This document shows positions 14,295 through 27,176 of a DNA stretch of 64,000 nucleotides, one piece after another. Both the position numbers and the translations under genes were made by a program. The stretch's first letter is position 1. The number at the start of each line of letters is the position of its first letter. Under the pieces are notes generated by a model. It saw only the letters and a program-made list of their open reading frames with translations. It was not told where the DNA came from and did not search any database. Source of the stretch: Eledone cirrhosa (lineage: Eukaryota); the NCBI GenBank assembly GCA_964016885.1, contig OZ024743.1:128526001-128590000 (forward strand), in the 5' to 3' direction.

Positions 14295-14825
14295 CATTGG
14301 TATGGACATGTGATGTGTATGAAGGATGACAGCTGCATAAAAAGGTGCAGAGCACTAGAAGTCAATGGAAACCGCGGAGTGGGGAGACTCAAGAAGACCT
14401 GGGATGAGGTGATAAAAGCCGACCTTACCCAATTACACCTCTCAAAGGCGATGACACACGACCGTGACCTCTGGCGTCACGCAGTAATACAGAAGACCCG
14501 ACCCCCCACGGGTACAAGCTGAAGCATATAGACAATATGCCCCCACACCCTCCCACTGCAAAGTGGTCGTGGAGGTGCCACGGCAAAAAAGCACCCAGCC
14601 CACACTGTAAAGTGGACGTGTAGGCGCCACAGAAAAAAAGCACCCAGCACTCACTGTAAATGAGGTTGGTGTTAGGAAGGGCATCCAGCTGTAGAAATCA
14701 AGCCAAAATCAGTTCCTGTATGAGCAAGGCATGGTCAGCCGACCAGACACTGCCCACAACAGCACAACCCGTCTAACCCATGCTAGCATGGAAGAACGGA
14801 CGTAAAACGGTGATGATGATGATGA
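14295..14825 (+). mobile_element. RTE LINE 3' end, subfamily B
   Basis: WYGHVMCMKDDSCIKRC...RGVGRLKKTWDEVIKADLTQLHLSKAMTHDRDLWRHAV, 3' UTR and (GAT)n tail; close to 52405-53311(-). Confidence 0.9.
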
Positions 14826-15138
14826 TTAGAATGTCAGATGGAATGCTTTTATGGCATTCGTTCCAGCTCTCTGCTCTCTGAGTTCAAATCCTGCCGAGGT
14901 CAACTTTGCCTTTCATCCTTTTGAGGGTGATAAAAAAGTACCAGTCTAGTACTGGGGTTGATTTTTCCTCTAAATCTCTTTCCCGTTTCCTCTCTCTCAC
15001 TTTCTATCTTACTCTGGAAGAAATCTACTGTACTCAGGCCTGAAGAGAAGATGGGCTCTGCTAGGCTTAAAATACCCAAGAAATGCTGTATGTCAATACA
15101 GCGCCCCTACAACTCTATCCGGAGTTACAAGACCATAC
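14826..15138 (+). mobile_element. Composite SINE: tRNA/Meta-like head plus stem-loop-bearing tail
   Basis: GAGTTCAAATCC B-box and GCCTTTCATCCTTT...GTACCAGT...GTACTGGGGT core joined to a tail also found at 47625-47718(-) and 63826-64000(-). Confidence 0.65.
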
Positions 15139-15885
15139 ACACATATGCTATATCATCCTCTCATTATTTTACCTCTGTTTTCAAAGCTGTTATAGTCATG
15201 TGGTTAAGAAGTTGCCATTGTAATCACACAAATCCAGCTTCAATCCCATAGACTTGGTAGACGAAAACTATATGCAAGGCTGTTGAATGTGTGTGTGTGT
15301 TTAGATTAACATATTTGACAAAATACATGCAGAATAGTTTATTTCTTATATATATATATATATATGCATACCCATCTACCCATGCACACACACACATTTT
15401 ACTGTTGATTCATGAAATTCCAATGATGAAAATAAGACATCTGGTCCATGTAAAAGATAAGTCAAAATTGTTTACAAAATTTAAATATTTACCTTAGCTC
15501 TTACTGAAAAAGGTAAATCAAATAGACTAGACACTTGGATAAGGTATAGGACAGCTAATTGATAGATGGTGGGTTCAGGGTTAGAGTATTTCACAGCATA
15601 AGCAAAAGCCTTACAATGTGCACCTCAAAATGATTACATCTTACAGTTTGGCAAGCTGACAAACCCAGTTTCCTACACTTCTTGCTAAGAAAATTACTGA
15701 GCCTGTATTTTATACAATACAGTCGATACTCACTGATGGTAAATTGCATTACAGGTTATAAGGCCATACAACCCACTCCAACATTTTGGATATTTCTAAA
15801 ACACTGTTATGTGGCAATGATGTTTTGTGATTTATTTATTGATTGCAGGACATAATTAAATAAATATTACATTGTATAAAACTGT

Positions 15886-16140
15886 TGGAGGCCAAGTGGT
15901 TAGGGTGTTGGACTTATGATCATAAATGTCATAGGTTCGATTCCTGGGCTCATTTGTGCATTGTGTTCTTGAGCAAAAACTTCATTTCACATTGCACTCA
16001 GCTCAAAATGAGTACCAGCAATAGCTAGGGGCTTAATCCTGCGATGGACTGATGTCCTGTCTTGTACTCTCAGTCGCCACAGAAACAGGGATAAACACCA
16101 GCCTGATGAGGCTCCAGGCTAGAGATAGACTTTAGACTTA
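15886..16140 (+). mobile_element. tRNA-derived SINE, second family
   Basis: A-box-like GTGGTTAGGGTGTTGG, B-box GGTTCGATTCC, core TTGTGTTCTTGAGCAAAAACTTCATTTCACATTGC. Confidence 0.8.
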
Positions 16141-16417
16141 GATAAAACTGTTATCGTTTAAGGTTTAGTAATCTGTTTCTCTGAGTTCTGTGCCCTAGTT
16201 AACTTTAATGGTAGTGCCAGTCCTGTGTGGGTTCAAGTATACTGAGGGGTGTTTCACTGTGTTTCCTCTCAGGAACGTTAGTTGTAGAGAGATAAATGTG
16301 TTACCACTCAAACTTATGCAAGCTTAGCTGGTCACCTATGAAGCTGCAACTCCTAGAGATTTCTAGGATGTTTTAATGATAGGGTCCCCAGTCCTATCAC
16401 AGAAAGTTGTGTGAAAT

Positions 16418-16550
16418 GAAGTGTTTTGCTCAAGAACACAACACACCACCCAATCAAAGAATTGAACATCGCCATAAAGTAGGGTTTCTAATATGTGACT
16501 TGCTTTTGGAGGCAGAAATCATCATCATCATCATCATCATCGTTTAACGT

Positions 16551-16586
<36 letters not shown>

Positions 16587-16684
16587 CTGCCTCCAAAACC
16601 AAGTCACATATTAGAAACCCTACTTTATGGCGATGTTCAATTCTTTGATTGGGTGGTGTGTTGTGTTCTTGAGCAAAACACTTC
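16418..16684. repeat. Near-perfect ~267-bp palindrome centred on RTE tail sequence
   Basis: About 100 bp of unique arm with one visible mismatch around a (CAT)n-CGTTTAACGTT-(GAT)n centre. Confidence 0.95.
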
Positions 16685-17914
16685 TTACTTGCAATAGATT
16701 AGTGTCCTCTCCAGGGGAGGGGGGGGTGTAGAGAGGAAACTGATGCAGAGAGAAGGAAGATGTCAAGAGAGGTAAGAGAATGGAGAAAGGTTGAATTTTA
16801 GTAAAAGCCCATCCCACCCTTCACAACTTTTCAAATCTTTATGTTTTAAACAAAGGAGATTACGATTCTTCCCCCCACCCCACCCCCAAAAAGTTGAAAA
16901 GTTGTTGTTTTCTTTTCCCCCCCAATTAATAATTGTTGACCCAAATGCATTTTTTCTATTCTAATCCAATTGGAGATTACAATTCTGCAAAAAAATTTTG
17001 CTGAAATATACCAGATTATGAGTCTGTAAATAAATAAATAAATAATTTCTATTTGTTAAACGTTTTACCTCCACCCCTTCTCCAATTTGGATTCTTTTTT
17101 TTCATTTTTTTAATAAATATCCAAAAAGAGAATGAAGTATGATAAGAGATGTAGAGATCAGGAAATATAATATAAAAAGAGAGAAGGTTGGTGTGGGGAG
17201 GGGGAAAAGAGACAGGGAGGGGGGGGGGGGGGGGCTTAAATAAAAAGGAAAATGCTAAGTCAGAGGAAAAACAGCATGGTGATTTCAACAAATGGAAGTC
17301 TTATTGAACTGTAACCTTTCCTAAATAAATTCAAGTTGTTATCTGTTTCTTTGTGTCTGATGTAACAAATACTTTTAATAATAACCAGATGATGCCATAA
17401 CTCTTCAGATGCTCCAAATAAACAGCTGAATGACAACAGCATCTACTCACCAGTAGATAGATAAAACTGAAATTTAACTAAATGCTCATGTAAACCAGAA
17501 TATATTTTGTATTGTTTCAACTTAATTTTAATTTTGGGCTTTCTTATCATCATCATATTATGTGCATTTTCTATGCTGGTATGTGGGTTGGTTGGGCCAT
17601 TATGGAGCAAGAAAGTACTTAAGCATAGCTATATTCTCTTAGATGACCCGGGGCCATGCCTCACTCAAAATGTTCCATTTTGGGCATGATTTCTACAGCT
17701 GGGTGCCCTTCCTAATGCAAATCATTTTACAGAATATACTGGGTACTTTTTACCATGGCACCAACACTAGAGAAATTGTCATGTCCTTAACACACAGGAA
17801 GAGTCCTCTCAACCCTTTTGGCATAGTTTCTACAACTGGATGCCCTTTACAGAGTGAGTTAGGTGCATTTTATTGTGGCACCATCAAGAGAGATAGGGTC
17901 AACCACTGATACAT

Positions 17915-18405
17915 GGAAGCTGTCCTCAAGACAACTAGTTTCAGTCCTATCTTCAGATGCTGGATCACTTTAATGCATAGGGCATCTTCTTGGTGGTCAG
18001 AATAAATGGCCACCTTTCGGAACTGTTTCAGATCATGCACTTGATCTTTCTATATGTGCTGACTACTGTGAAAGCCGTAGTTGTTGAAGGGCCTCCTACT
18101 CAATCTGGGATGTGGAAGAGCTGCATCAGCATATCCAGAAATCCAAATGGTTGGTACCTAACAAGGAGCAAAGATTAACCTGGACAAGTCAGCAGGTTTG
18201 CAGCTCGGCACCTGAAGAGGCAAGTCTATGCTATCTGATAGCATTATGGGGCACTGAGCAGATTGTTAAGTTGCTTGGGATCTGGTTTGGTTTTAACCTC
18301 TCGGTGGATAGGAAGATAACGAGTAGGATAGTCAATCTCACCCAGAAATAGATGAAGAAGAAGCTACCCATGAAAAGTCAAGCAGAAGAGGCAAATGCAT
18401 ACATT
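17915..18405 (+). mobile_element. Decayed L1/Tx1-clade RT fragment
   Basis: Broken peptides VVRINGHLSELFQI, VKLLGIWFG and KKKLPMKSQAEEANAYI resemble L1/Tx1 RT motifs (LGVWFG, RLSLKGR). Confidence 0.6.
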
Positions 18406-18486
18406 AAGGACAATACAAACCCACTTTGTATTGTCCTTAACGTATTAGTTACAGTAGCCAATAAAGAAAACATTACTATTATTATT

Positions 18487-18885
18487 AAGGGTGGTGAGGG
18501 CGATGGATTGGCAGTATTGGTAGAGCATCAGACAATATGCTTTGTGGCTTAGAGTTATGGCCCTTAACAGTTCAAATACCGTCGAGATTAACTTTACCTT
18601 TCATCCTTATGGAGTTGATAAAATAAATAAATACACTGGGGTCGATTTGGTCAACTTTCCCCTCCTCCCAAATTGCTGGCCTTGTGCCTAAAGTAGAAAC
18701 AATTATTATTAAGGGTGGTGGACAGGTGAGATTAGAGCATCAGGGAAATACTTTGTGATATTTGATCTGATTCTTTACATTGAGATCAAATACTGCCATG
18801 GTTAGTTTTCCTTTTCATCCTTATGGGGTCGATAAAATAAAGCACCCTTCAAATTGTTGGCCTTGTGCCAAAAGTAGAAACAATT
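18487..18885 (+). mobile_element. Two tandem Meta-like SINE copies
   Basis: Each unit begins AAGGGTGGTG, contains CCTTTCATCCTTATGG and ends GGCCTTGTGCC..AAGTAGAAACAATTAT. Confidence 0.75.
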
Positions 18886-18961
18886 ATAATTATTATTATT
18901 TTCTGTATTTTTTTATCACATCGGCTGCTTTATACAAATTTGTGTGCATGTGTGTATGGAA

Positions 18962-18962
<1 letters not shown>

Positions 18963-19056
<94 letters not shown>
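18963..19056. repeat. (TG)n microsatellite
   Basis: Perfect dinucleotide run. Confidence 0.98.
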
Positions 19057-19058
<2 letters not shown>

Positions 19059-20195
19059 ATTGTATGCATGTTTGGCACTTTTTTTTTTAATTTTCTGCTT
19101 GCTTCCTAATTTTCCAGTGATATATTTTCATTATTAATTTCTTAACCACATTCATATCCTCCTCTTAACCTCTTCACCCTTATCGGCATCACCATCATTA
19201 AACCCTGCTATAACCATCATTGTCATCAGTATAATCAACAACATTCTCACAAATAGATGCACACACACACACACATGTATGCACTCTTACATACATGAAA
19301 ACACATTCACACACACTATCTCAGACACACATGCACATACACCCTTACACATAGAGACACATACACTTGCAAAAATTATACCCCACACAACCATGCATTA
19401 CCATTAAGTGTGTGTGGGGGGGGGGGTGAAGGGGGGATTGGTTTCATGTCAGTTGTTCAAACTTTTTGCTCTACCATTCATGGTGGAATAGATGTTTAAT
19501 TGAATGTGACTAAACAGAATTTGAAACCTTATACTTCTAGCTTGGCTTTTGTTTACTTTTCAGTTAACCTCTGACCCTTGTCATTAACTTAGTTTATAAT
19601 TAATTGACATTTTAATTAGGTCATTATTAGAGATACTTCTGTTAAATACCCCACTAGAACACCCCATTTCAAGTACCCTACTACCTGCCTCTTTATCCTT
19701 GTCATGTTATGGTACCAACTGAGAAATGGTTCTTCCCCAGAACCTTAATTACCAACGATTTCCGATTCACTATAACATGCTCCTGGCATTCACTGTGTGA
19801 AAATGCATGCCCTTGTATTTATGATTTGATCTCATGATTATCAGGTCATGGATTTGATGCTGGACTGTGTGGCATGTTGTGCTTTTGAGCAAAATGCTTC
19901 ATTTCATGTTGTTTTCAAGATGAGTCCTCTATCATTAAAACACCTAAGAAACCTGCTATAAAATGCATCCTCATATGAAACCAGCTAAACCAGCATAGGC
20001 ACAAGCTGTAAATTTCATCTTTGATTTTAGGTTCAAGCCTGCTGCACAGCAGCATGGACAAGAGACTTCTACTATAGTCTTAGGTTGAACCTACAATATT
20101 TAAGACGACTTCTACTATAGCCTTCAGTTGAACCCAGAATGTGAAAAAAAAACTTATAGAAATACCTTAAAGCATTGCACCACCATGAACAAGGG

Positions 20196-20248
<53 letters not shown>

Positions 20249-20394
20249 ACCCTAGGATCAAACCCAGGGTGTAAAAAGGTGTTACAAAATTCTGCAAGGC
20301 ATTATGTCACCAAGTGTAAGGGTTGGACCCAGAACATAAAGAGGTGTAGAGAAATATGTCAAGGTATGATTAACATTTATTATTTAACATCTTA

Positions 20395-21096
20395 CGGTGA
20401 AAGGGCGGTGAATTGGCAGTATCGGTAGAGGGTTGGACGCCATGCTTTCTAGCATAGTTACGTCCCTTTACAGTCTGAGTTCAAATCCCGCCGAGGTTAA
20501 CTTTGCCTTTCATCCTTACGGGATCGATAAAATAAAGTACCAGTAATGTACTGGGTAATTGCTGGCCTTGTGCCTAAAGTAGAAACAATTATTTAACATC
20601 TTACGGTGGATTGGCAGTATTGGTAGAGTGTCGGATGCCATGCTTTGACGCATAGAGTTACGGCTCTTGCGATTCTGAGTTCAAATCCCGCCGAGGTTAA
20701 CTTTGCCTTTCATCCTTACGGGGTCGATAAAATAAAGTACCAGTAATACACTGGGTAATTGCTGGCCTTGTGCCTAACGTAGAAACAATTATTTAACATC
20801 TTACAGGATCGATAAAATAAAGTACCAGTAATACACTGGATAATTGCTGGCCTTGTGCCAAAAGTAGAAACAATTATTTAACATCTTAAGAGGGTGGTGG
20901 ATTAGCAGTATCAGTAGAGCACTGGACAGGATGCTTAGTGGCATAGAGTTACGGCACTTTACATTCTGTGTTCAAATCCCGCCGAGGTTAGCTTTGCCTT
21001 GATAAAATAAAGTACCAGTAATGCACTGTGTGATTTAATCAACTTTCCCTTTCCCTCCAAATTGTTTGCCTAAATCAGAAACCATTATTTAACATC
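20395..21096 (+). mobile_element. Head-to-tail array of about four Meta-like SINE units
   Basis: Repeated GAGTTCAAATCCCGCCGAGGTTAACTTTGCCTTTCATCC units, each followed by the linker ATTATTTAACATCTTA. Confidence 0.85.
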
Positions 21097-21100
21097 TTAA

Positions 21101-21312
21101 CCCTTTAGCATTTATACCAGCCATAACCGGCCAGAACTCTCTCACCCCTCCCTGTTCAAAACGGCTGTAACTGGCTTCTCATCCTGATGTTATGGTATTG
21201 TTCTCAAAATAAATAGCATCAAAATCTCATAGATTCAATATTATGAAATAATTATGTAAGATAAAGCCTTTAATACAAAAATACAATGTAGAGTAATGTA
21301 AATGCTAAAGGG
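21101..21312. mobile_element. piggyBac-like MITE, family 1
   Basis: TTAA on both flanks; perfect 14-bp TIR CCCTTTAGCATTTA; further copy at 42383-42556 and partial copies near 4075-4270 and 6925-7067. Confidence 0.85.
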
Positions 21313-22966
21313 TTAAGGTGTTTGTGGTTGGTGGATCAGTGTGCAGTGGAATAACTCTTGTCAAGAGACAGAATGAAGAAGTATGCTTTCTTATAGCACA
21401 GAGTAACCTTGAAGATCATTCAATGCCAGTCATTAATAGACATATTCCATTTCACACCAGCTGCTGTTGAGAACTCCTGTGCTCCCAGTCTCTGCACTGT
21501 TGCATTCCTCAGCCAAATCAGAAAGGGAGTATTGTGCCTGAGGTTCTACCTATTATACCAATCCAATTAGCTTTTTATATAATAATAATAATGAAATTAT
21601 TGTGTACAGTGTTCAGGTACACTACAACTTATCAAAGGTGCATGTATAGTACATAGAATAATGTACAAATGCCAGGAAAGTGAACAGTGTATTAGCCATG
21701 ATATACACACAGATACATGCAAGTGCATGTATGGAGGCGGAATATACCAGTTCCAAATTAACTTAAGATTCTAAAGATTGATAAAATTAATGAACTTAAT
21801 GAAGAACACTGGACAAGAGAAAGAGTACCAAAGAATGAAGAATGCTTTCTTAGAACACAAAATAATGTGGAAAATTATTAAATACTAATCATTGATGGAC
21901 AGATTCGATTTTATGTGAGTCACTGTTGAGGACTCCAGGGTCACAAGTCCTCAGATTTCCATTTTCTTTTACTAAATCAGGATGAGGATATCACACTTAA
22001 GGAAGGACTCCCAAGTGGAAATGCTGATGCAATGGACACTGCTGTTTTTCTTCATGCTAATGCTTTGCCATCTTATCCAAAGAACATAGCTAAGATATGC
22101 TGTTCAACCAAGGATGTAGAGTTTGCTTCTTTTTTCTTTTTTTTTCTTGCTGTTCTTTTCATTTTGGAGCTATATATATATTGGAAAAACTAAACAAATT
22201 TTACTTATTTGAAGGAGAGTATATTCAATTGTTTCAACTCTATGAGACCCTACAGGCTAATGAGTCTAGGGGAATGCAAGAAGGCTGAAACTAAGCAATA
22301 AAAGCTAGACTATTTTAATGTATTTAGTCATTCTACTCATGATGATGATAGATCCCCTGTCAGTTTCAATGACCAGCCTTTGGTCATTCTATCAACTGGA
22401 CACCCTATTCAAGAATTAACACATATGTTGTTAATTATTCCACTCACATATGTGTACCTTTAGCATAATTTTCAAGCAGAATTAGCATTACAAAAGGCTG
22501 GAACCTTTGAATTACAGGTACAATCCTGTCCAATGGGCTTCCATATAGTTTCTGTCTACACAGTTTCACTAATAAGATTTGGATCAATTTGAAGGTATAG
22601 TAAACAACACCTTACTCAAGATGCCATGCAGTGGGATCAAACCAGGGGCTACACTCAGGATTGTGAAGCAACCTTCTTTACCACTCAGGCCATGCCTGAG
22701 GCCAAAAGAGTCAACTATTCCAAAAACCACCACTACTACTACTACTACCACCATCACCACCACCACCACCACCACCACTACTATTTCTACTACTACTCTA
22801 TCAGCCATGAAAAAAAAACCAAAGAAATGTAGTTTGATGAAATAAAAGAGACAACAAAATGCCTTTATCTTATACAAACTGTTTTTTCTACCATTCTTTC
22901 TCTTTTTCACTTCTCATCAGTTTTCATTCTTTCTTTTTTTCATTTTTATTACTTTGTCTTTTACTG

Positions 22967-23012
<46 letters not shown>

Positions 23013-23074
23013 CAGATAAGAGCTTTTGTGGCACAATACTCACTTTTCCCCTTCTTTCTCCCACCAGAAGATAT

Positions 23075-23570
23075 GCACACACACACACACACACTTCTCT
23101 CTCACCCTTACCACCACCAAACTAGCTGTAGAAGGTACAATGCATTCACACACACTTCTCTCTCACCCTCACCACCACCAAACTAGCTGTAGAAGGTACA
23201 ATACATACACACACACTTCTCTCTCACCCTCACCACCACCAAACTAGCTGTAGAAGGTACAATACATACACACACACTTCTCTCACACCCTCACCACCAC
23301 CAAACTAGCTGTAGAAAGTACAATACACACACACTTCTTTCACACCCTCACCACCACCAAACTAGCTGTAGAAGGTACAATACATACACACACACACACA
23401 CTTCTTTCACACCCTCACCACCACCAAACTAGCTGTAGAAGGTACAATACATACACACACACTTCTCTCTCACACACTCTCACTATCACCAAACTAGCTG
23501 TAGAAAGTACAATACATTCACACACACTTCTCTCTCACCCTCACTACCACCAAACTGTAGAAGGTATAAC
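23075..23570. repeat. ~55-60 bp minisatellite, about 8 units
   Basis: Unit CACACACTTCTCTCTCACCCTCACCACCACCAAACTAGCTGTAGAAGGTACAATACATA with a variable (CA)n tract. Confidence 0.95.
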
Positions 23571-24099
23571 ACTAGTTCATCATAAGGTCATTAGACATCA
23601 GTCAACCATCTTATCCTAGCTATTCAACCAAAACAAACCATTCCTTTAGTGCCAAAAATAATTATTCTAAACACACTCTCATTATAATGACTTTCTCAAA
23701 GTAACAACAAAACAAAAAGCTACAAAAGAACTACAAAAAAAAAAAATACATAAAAAAAATAACTGAACCTGTTTCTATTCAGTTTTATTTTATTATTTTT
23801 AATCTAATTACATTAATGGTTGGTGCCACTTTTATCAGATCTCAGTAGTGATGACTAGCTGAATGGTCTACAGGTCTACTTTACAGGATCAAGGAAGTCT
23901 AAGTTCAAATGCTTTCAAAGACATTTTTTTTTACTTGATAGGACTGGAAGAAGGGGCAGTGCTCACCAGCTTCACAGGTCCTCCAATAACATAGCTCAGT
24001 GACCCTAATGTTCTGCTTCAACTGCTGCAAGTTCACTTTTTGGGGAAAGTTAAAGAAAATCTGCCCCACACCCACATGCTCACCATGCCAGAACTTATC

Positions 24100-24330
24100 C
24101 TGGTTTTGTTGGTGTTAAGCAACCAAGCCTACAAGATTATCAGAGAATGAGACACCAGTCCATCACAGGGTTAACCCCCAGATTCTGTTGGTGCTCATTT
24201 ATTTCAGCCGAGTAAACTGGAGCAATGTGAAATGAAGTATCTTGCTCAAGAACACAATGTTCTGCCTTGTCTGGAAATCAAAATCAAGACCTCCTAATCA
24301 TAAGCTCCAAATTATAAACTGGGCCATAGG
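24100..24330 (-). mobile_element. tRNA-derived SINE, second family
   Basis: CAGCCGAGTAAACTGGAGCAATGTGAAATGAAGTATCTTGCTCAAGAACACAA is the reverse complement of the core at ~15960. Confidence 0.7.
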
Positions 24331-24334
24331 CCTT

Positions 24335-24575
24335 CACATTCTTTTTAGAAAGACATGAGCAGGCAGGGGAATTCCATAGGGCTGAAATTCTTGGTAGGAA
24401 GGACTGGGTGTAGTAATATTAATGTAGGAATTGGTAGGATACACAACATGGGTGATGAGAAGTAGAGAGAGGGGTGGAGCACGAGTCCCTGAGTGAAGAT
24501 AGCATATGACAATCAAGCTCAAGAGTAGCAGAGACCTTGTAGCAGCAGTAAAAGAGGTGGAGGAAGGAGACAGCC
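24335..24575 (-). mobile_element. CR1/L2/Jockey-group LINE ORF2 C-terminal relic
   Basis: Minus-strand peptides LHLFYCCYK and YYTQSFLPRISALWNS (SFxPRxxxLWNxL motif); related relic at 30010-30225(-) (FYCYNGL..SEL). Confidence 0.6.
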
Positions 24576-27176
24576 TATCTGTGGACTCCAATCGAGCCAG
24601 TGACTGGGAGCGCCTCTTTTATTTCACTCCACTCGCCCTCGGCCTCCCCAGCTCTGCCGCTGACCGAGGCGGCCGGTCGACAGCAGCCTGTTAAGGCCAA
24701 TGTTTCGTCCTTTGGGCAAGCACCCATCCAAGCATGCCAAAGGATGCCACAACCCCTGCTTTTGGGTGCCTCCAATCCTCCACCCCCGAGGCCAGTGCCA
24801 AGTGTTTGCGTGACCATGTAAACGCTAAACATATCATGGGTGATGTCAAGGCCACAGTCAGAGTGGTTGCCTCAGAGTGCACTGTCCTCCAACCCACCGA
24901 GGAGGTCCTGGCTGCCCTGCGACTCAAGCACCCTGAGCCAGCTGCTGACTTCCAACTCATACCACCACCTGATCCCCACCTGCTCCTTGTGGCCTCCGGC
25001 GCAAAATCATGTCTGCCATCAAGACCTTCCCAGTTAGCAGCAGCAGGGGTGCTGATGGTCTCCGGCCAGGCCGCCTTCTGAGTGCAATTGTGGCACTTAC
25101 CAATAAGTATATCCATGGCACCCTGGATCCTCACGCCCGAGGCCTCTTTTTTTTCGGCTAGCCTGACCACTCTCAGAAAGTAGGTGACATGCACCCCCAT
25201 CGCTGTGGGCAATGTCATCCAGAGGTTGGTTGCTAAGGTGGTTTGCAGGTCCATAACACCTGAACTGGGTGAGGAGTTCAGTCCGGTGCAACTGAGTGTC
25301 AGCGTGTCTGGTGACTATGAGGGGGCCGCACATGCAACCAGGCAGTTCTTCAATAGCTGCCCACCGGAACCGGCATCCAGGCACCTCATTGTCAAGCTTG
25401 ACATGAGGAATGCCTTTAACTGCATACGCCGGGACCATCTGCTCAATGACTGCCTCAGCCGAGACCCCTCCGCCTACCCATTGGCCTACTTGTCATATGG
25501 AGCCCCGAGCATGCTCCTTGCTGCTGACAGTCATACCTTCGGCCACTGGGGTCCAACAGGGCAACTCTCTAGGCCCCCACCCATTTACCCTTGGTATAGA
25601 CCACATCACCCAGAGTATCATGGCCCTTCTCAACGTTTGGTATCTGGATGATGCTACGTTGGGCAGGCCCGTAGAGACTGTTTGCCATGACCTTCAGTCA
25701 GTGGTTCCTGCCCTGGTGGGAATCGGCCTCCAGGTCAACTCGTCCAAGTCGGAGGTGGTGAATGTCAGCTATGATACTGAGAGCTTTGCAGCGTCCTTCT
25801 TGGACGTACGGTCCATTCTCCACCAGGTACAGGTGACCCCCAAAGAGGATGTCCTCATCCTCGGGTCACCAATCTACTCGCCGGCCATCCACTCCACCAT
25901 CAGGTCTAGGCTCCAACAACTCCAGACACTCACGAGCCGACTAGGCTCAATTGACGGCCACCCAGCTCTCTTCCTGTTGAGGAACTGCTTCGCCATGACA
26001 AAACTCCTCTACACCCTTCGCAGTCATGCATCTCTCCTTGCTGACCTCGATACTTGTATCCGGGCGGCAGCTGAGAAGATATGCAACGTCAGGTTTGACA
26101 ACATTGGATGGCAACAGGCCACTGTACCTGTCAGATTTGGCGACCATGGCCTCCGGTCCCCGATCTCGCAGGCTTTGCCGGCGTTTCTTTCGTCGGTAAC
26201 CTCATGGCATGTCCTCGTCAGCAAGGTTCTCCAAAACACAATAGAACCCTCTGTGTTCAGGGAACATGAGGTCACCTGTGAGTCGTGGGACAGGCTGGGA
26301 CTTAGCCCGGTAGACGTCCCTCCTTCTTCTCCCCCTGCTGACGTCAAGTCCCCCCAAAGAATATGGGATGCCATCCAGTGCAGACTGGCTCAGACAGGCT
26401 CACATGCCAGCTCGACCAGCACCGCCCCAAACCCCACAGTGGTGCCTGGCTCCATGCCCTGCCCTCCTTCTCTATTGGCACGCAGCTGGATAACAATAGC
26501 CTGTGCATTGGCGTTTCCTTGAGGCTTGGACTCCGGTTCTGCGAGCCACATAAATGTCACTGTGGATCCACCGTGGACTCTTTCAGAGTCCATCCGCTTT
26601 CCTGTCGCCACAGTGCCGGCCGCCTTCCACGCATTGCTGCCCTCAACGAGGTCATTAAGCATGGCTTGGATACTGCAGCTTCCCTTCCCAGCGCGAATCG
26701 GTGAGGCTGGACCGAGGGGATGGCAAAAGGCCAAACGGTATGACCATCTTCCCATTCTGCGGTGGCAAAACTCTCATCTGGGATGTCACTTGCAGCGACA
26801 CTTTCTCCAGCCGCAACTTGGTGCAGTCTGCGACTAACCCAGGTACTGCTGCACGTCGGACTGAGGAGGCCAAACTCTCCAAGTACCGGTTGCCCTCCGA
26901 CATGTTTGCGGTCGTGCCCTTGGCAGTGGAGACTTCTGGTCTCCTTGGACCTAGGGCTACCTCCCTATTCACCACCATAGACGCTGAGCTAGCCAGCCGC
27001 AGGTGTGAGCCACGCGAGTTAGAATGGCTCTTCCAGCGCATCTCCCTAACCATCCTGTCCACCGGGGCTGTGGGGAGGCCAGCACGTGGGACCCCATTTG
27101 CTCACCATACGGATTAATAGGCAAAGTTATAAACTATTGTAAATAAAAGATTTAACTTAAAAAAATAAAAAAAAAA
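24576..27176 (+). mobile_element. CRE-clade-like non-LTR retrotransposon (RT + restriction-like endonuclease), frameshifted
   Basis: PIAVGNVIQRLVAK, KLDMRNAFN, GVQQGNSLGP, WYLDD (RT); CHCG..HPLSC knuckle; RGDGKRPNG..WDVTC..PLAVETSG (RLE); AATAAA and poly(A) at ~27141-27176. Confidence 0.88.

Noticed and set aside
15886-15950. tRNA gene (A and B boxes)
   Set aside because: No cloverleaf and continuous with a SINE core; the same applies to the other SINE heads.
21395-21545. Open frame after a TTTCTTATAG acceptor-like site
   Set aside because: Weak donor (GTTCTA) and no recognisable peptide.
23075-23570. Regularly spaced repeats resembling a CRISPR array
   Set aside because: No unique spacers, no cas genes, eukaryotic context; it is a minisatellite.
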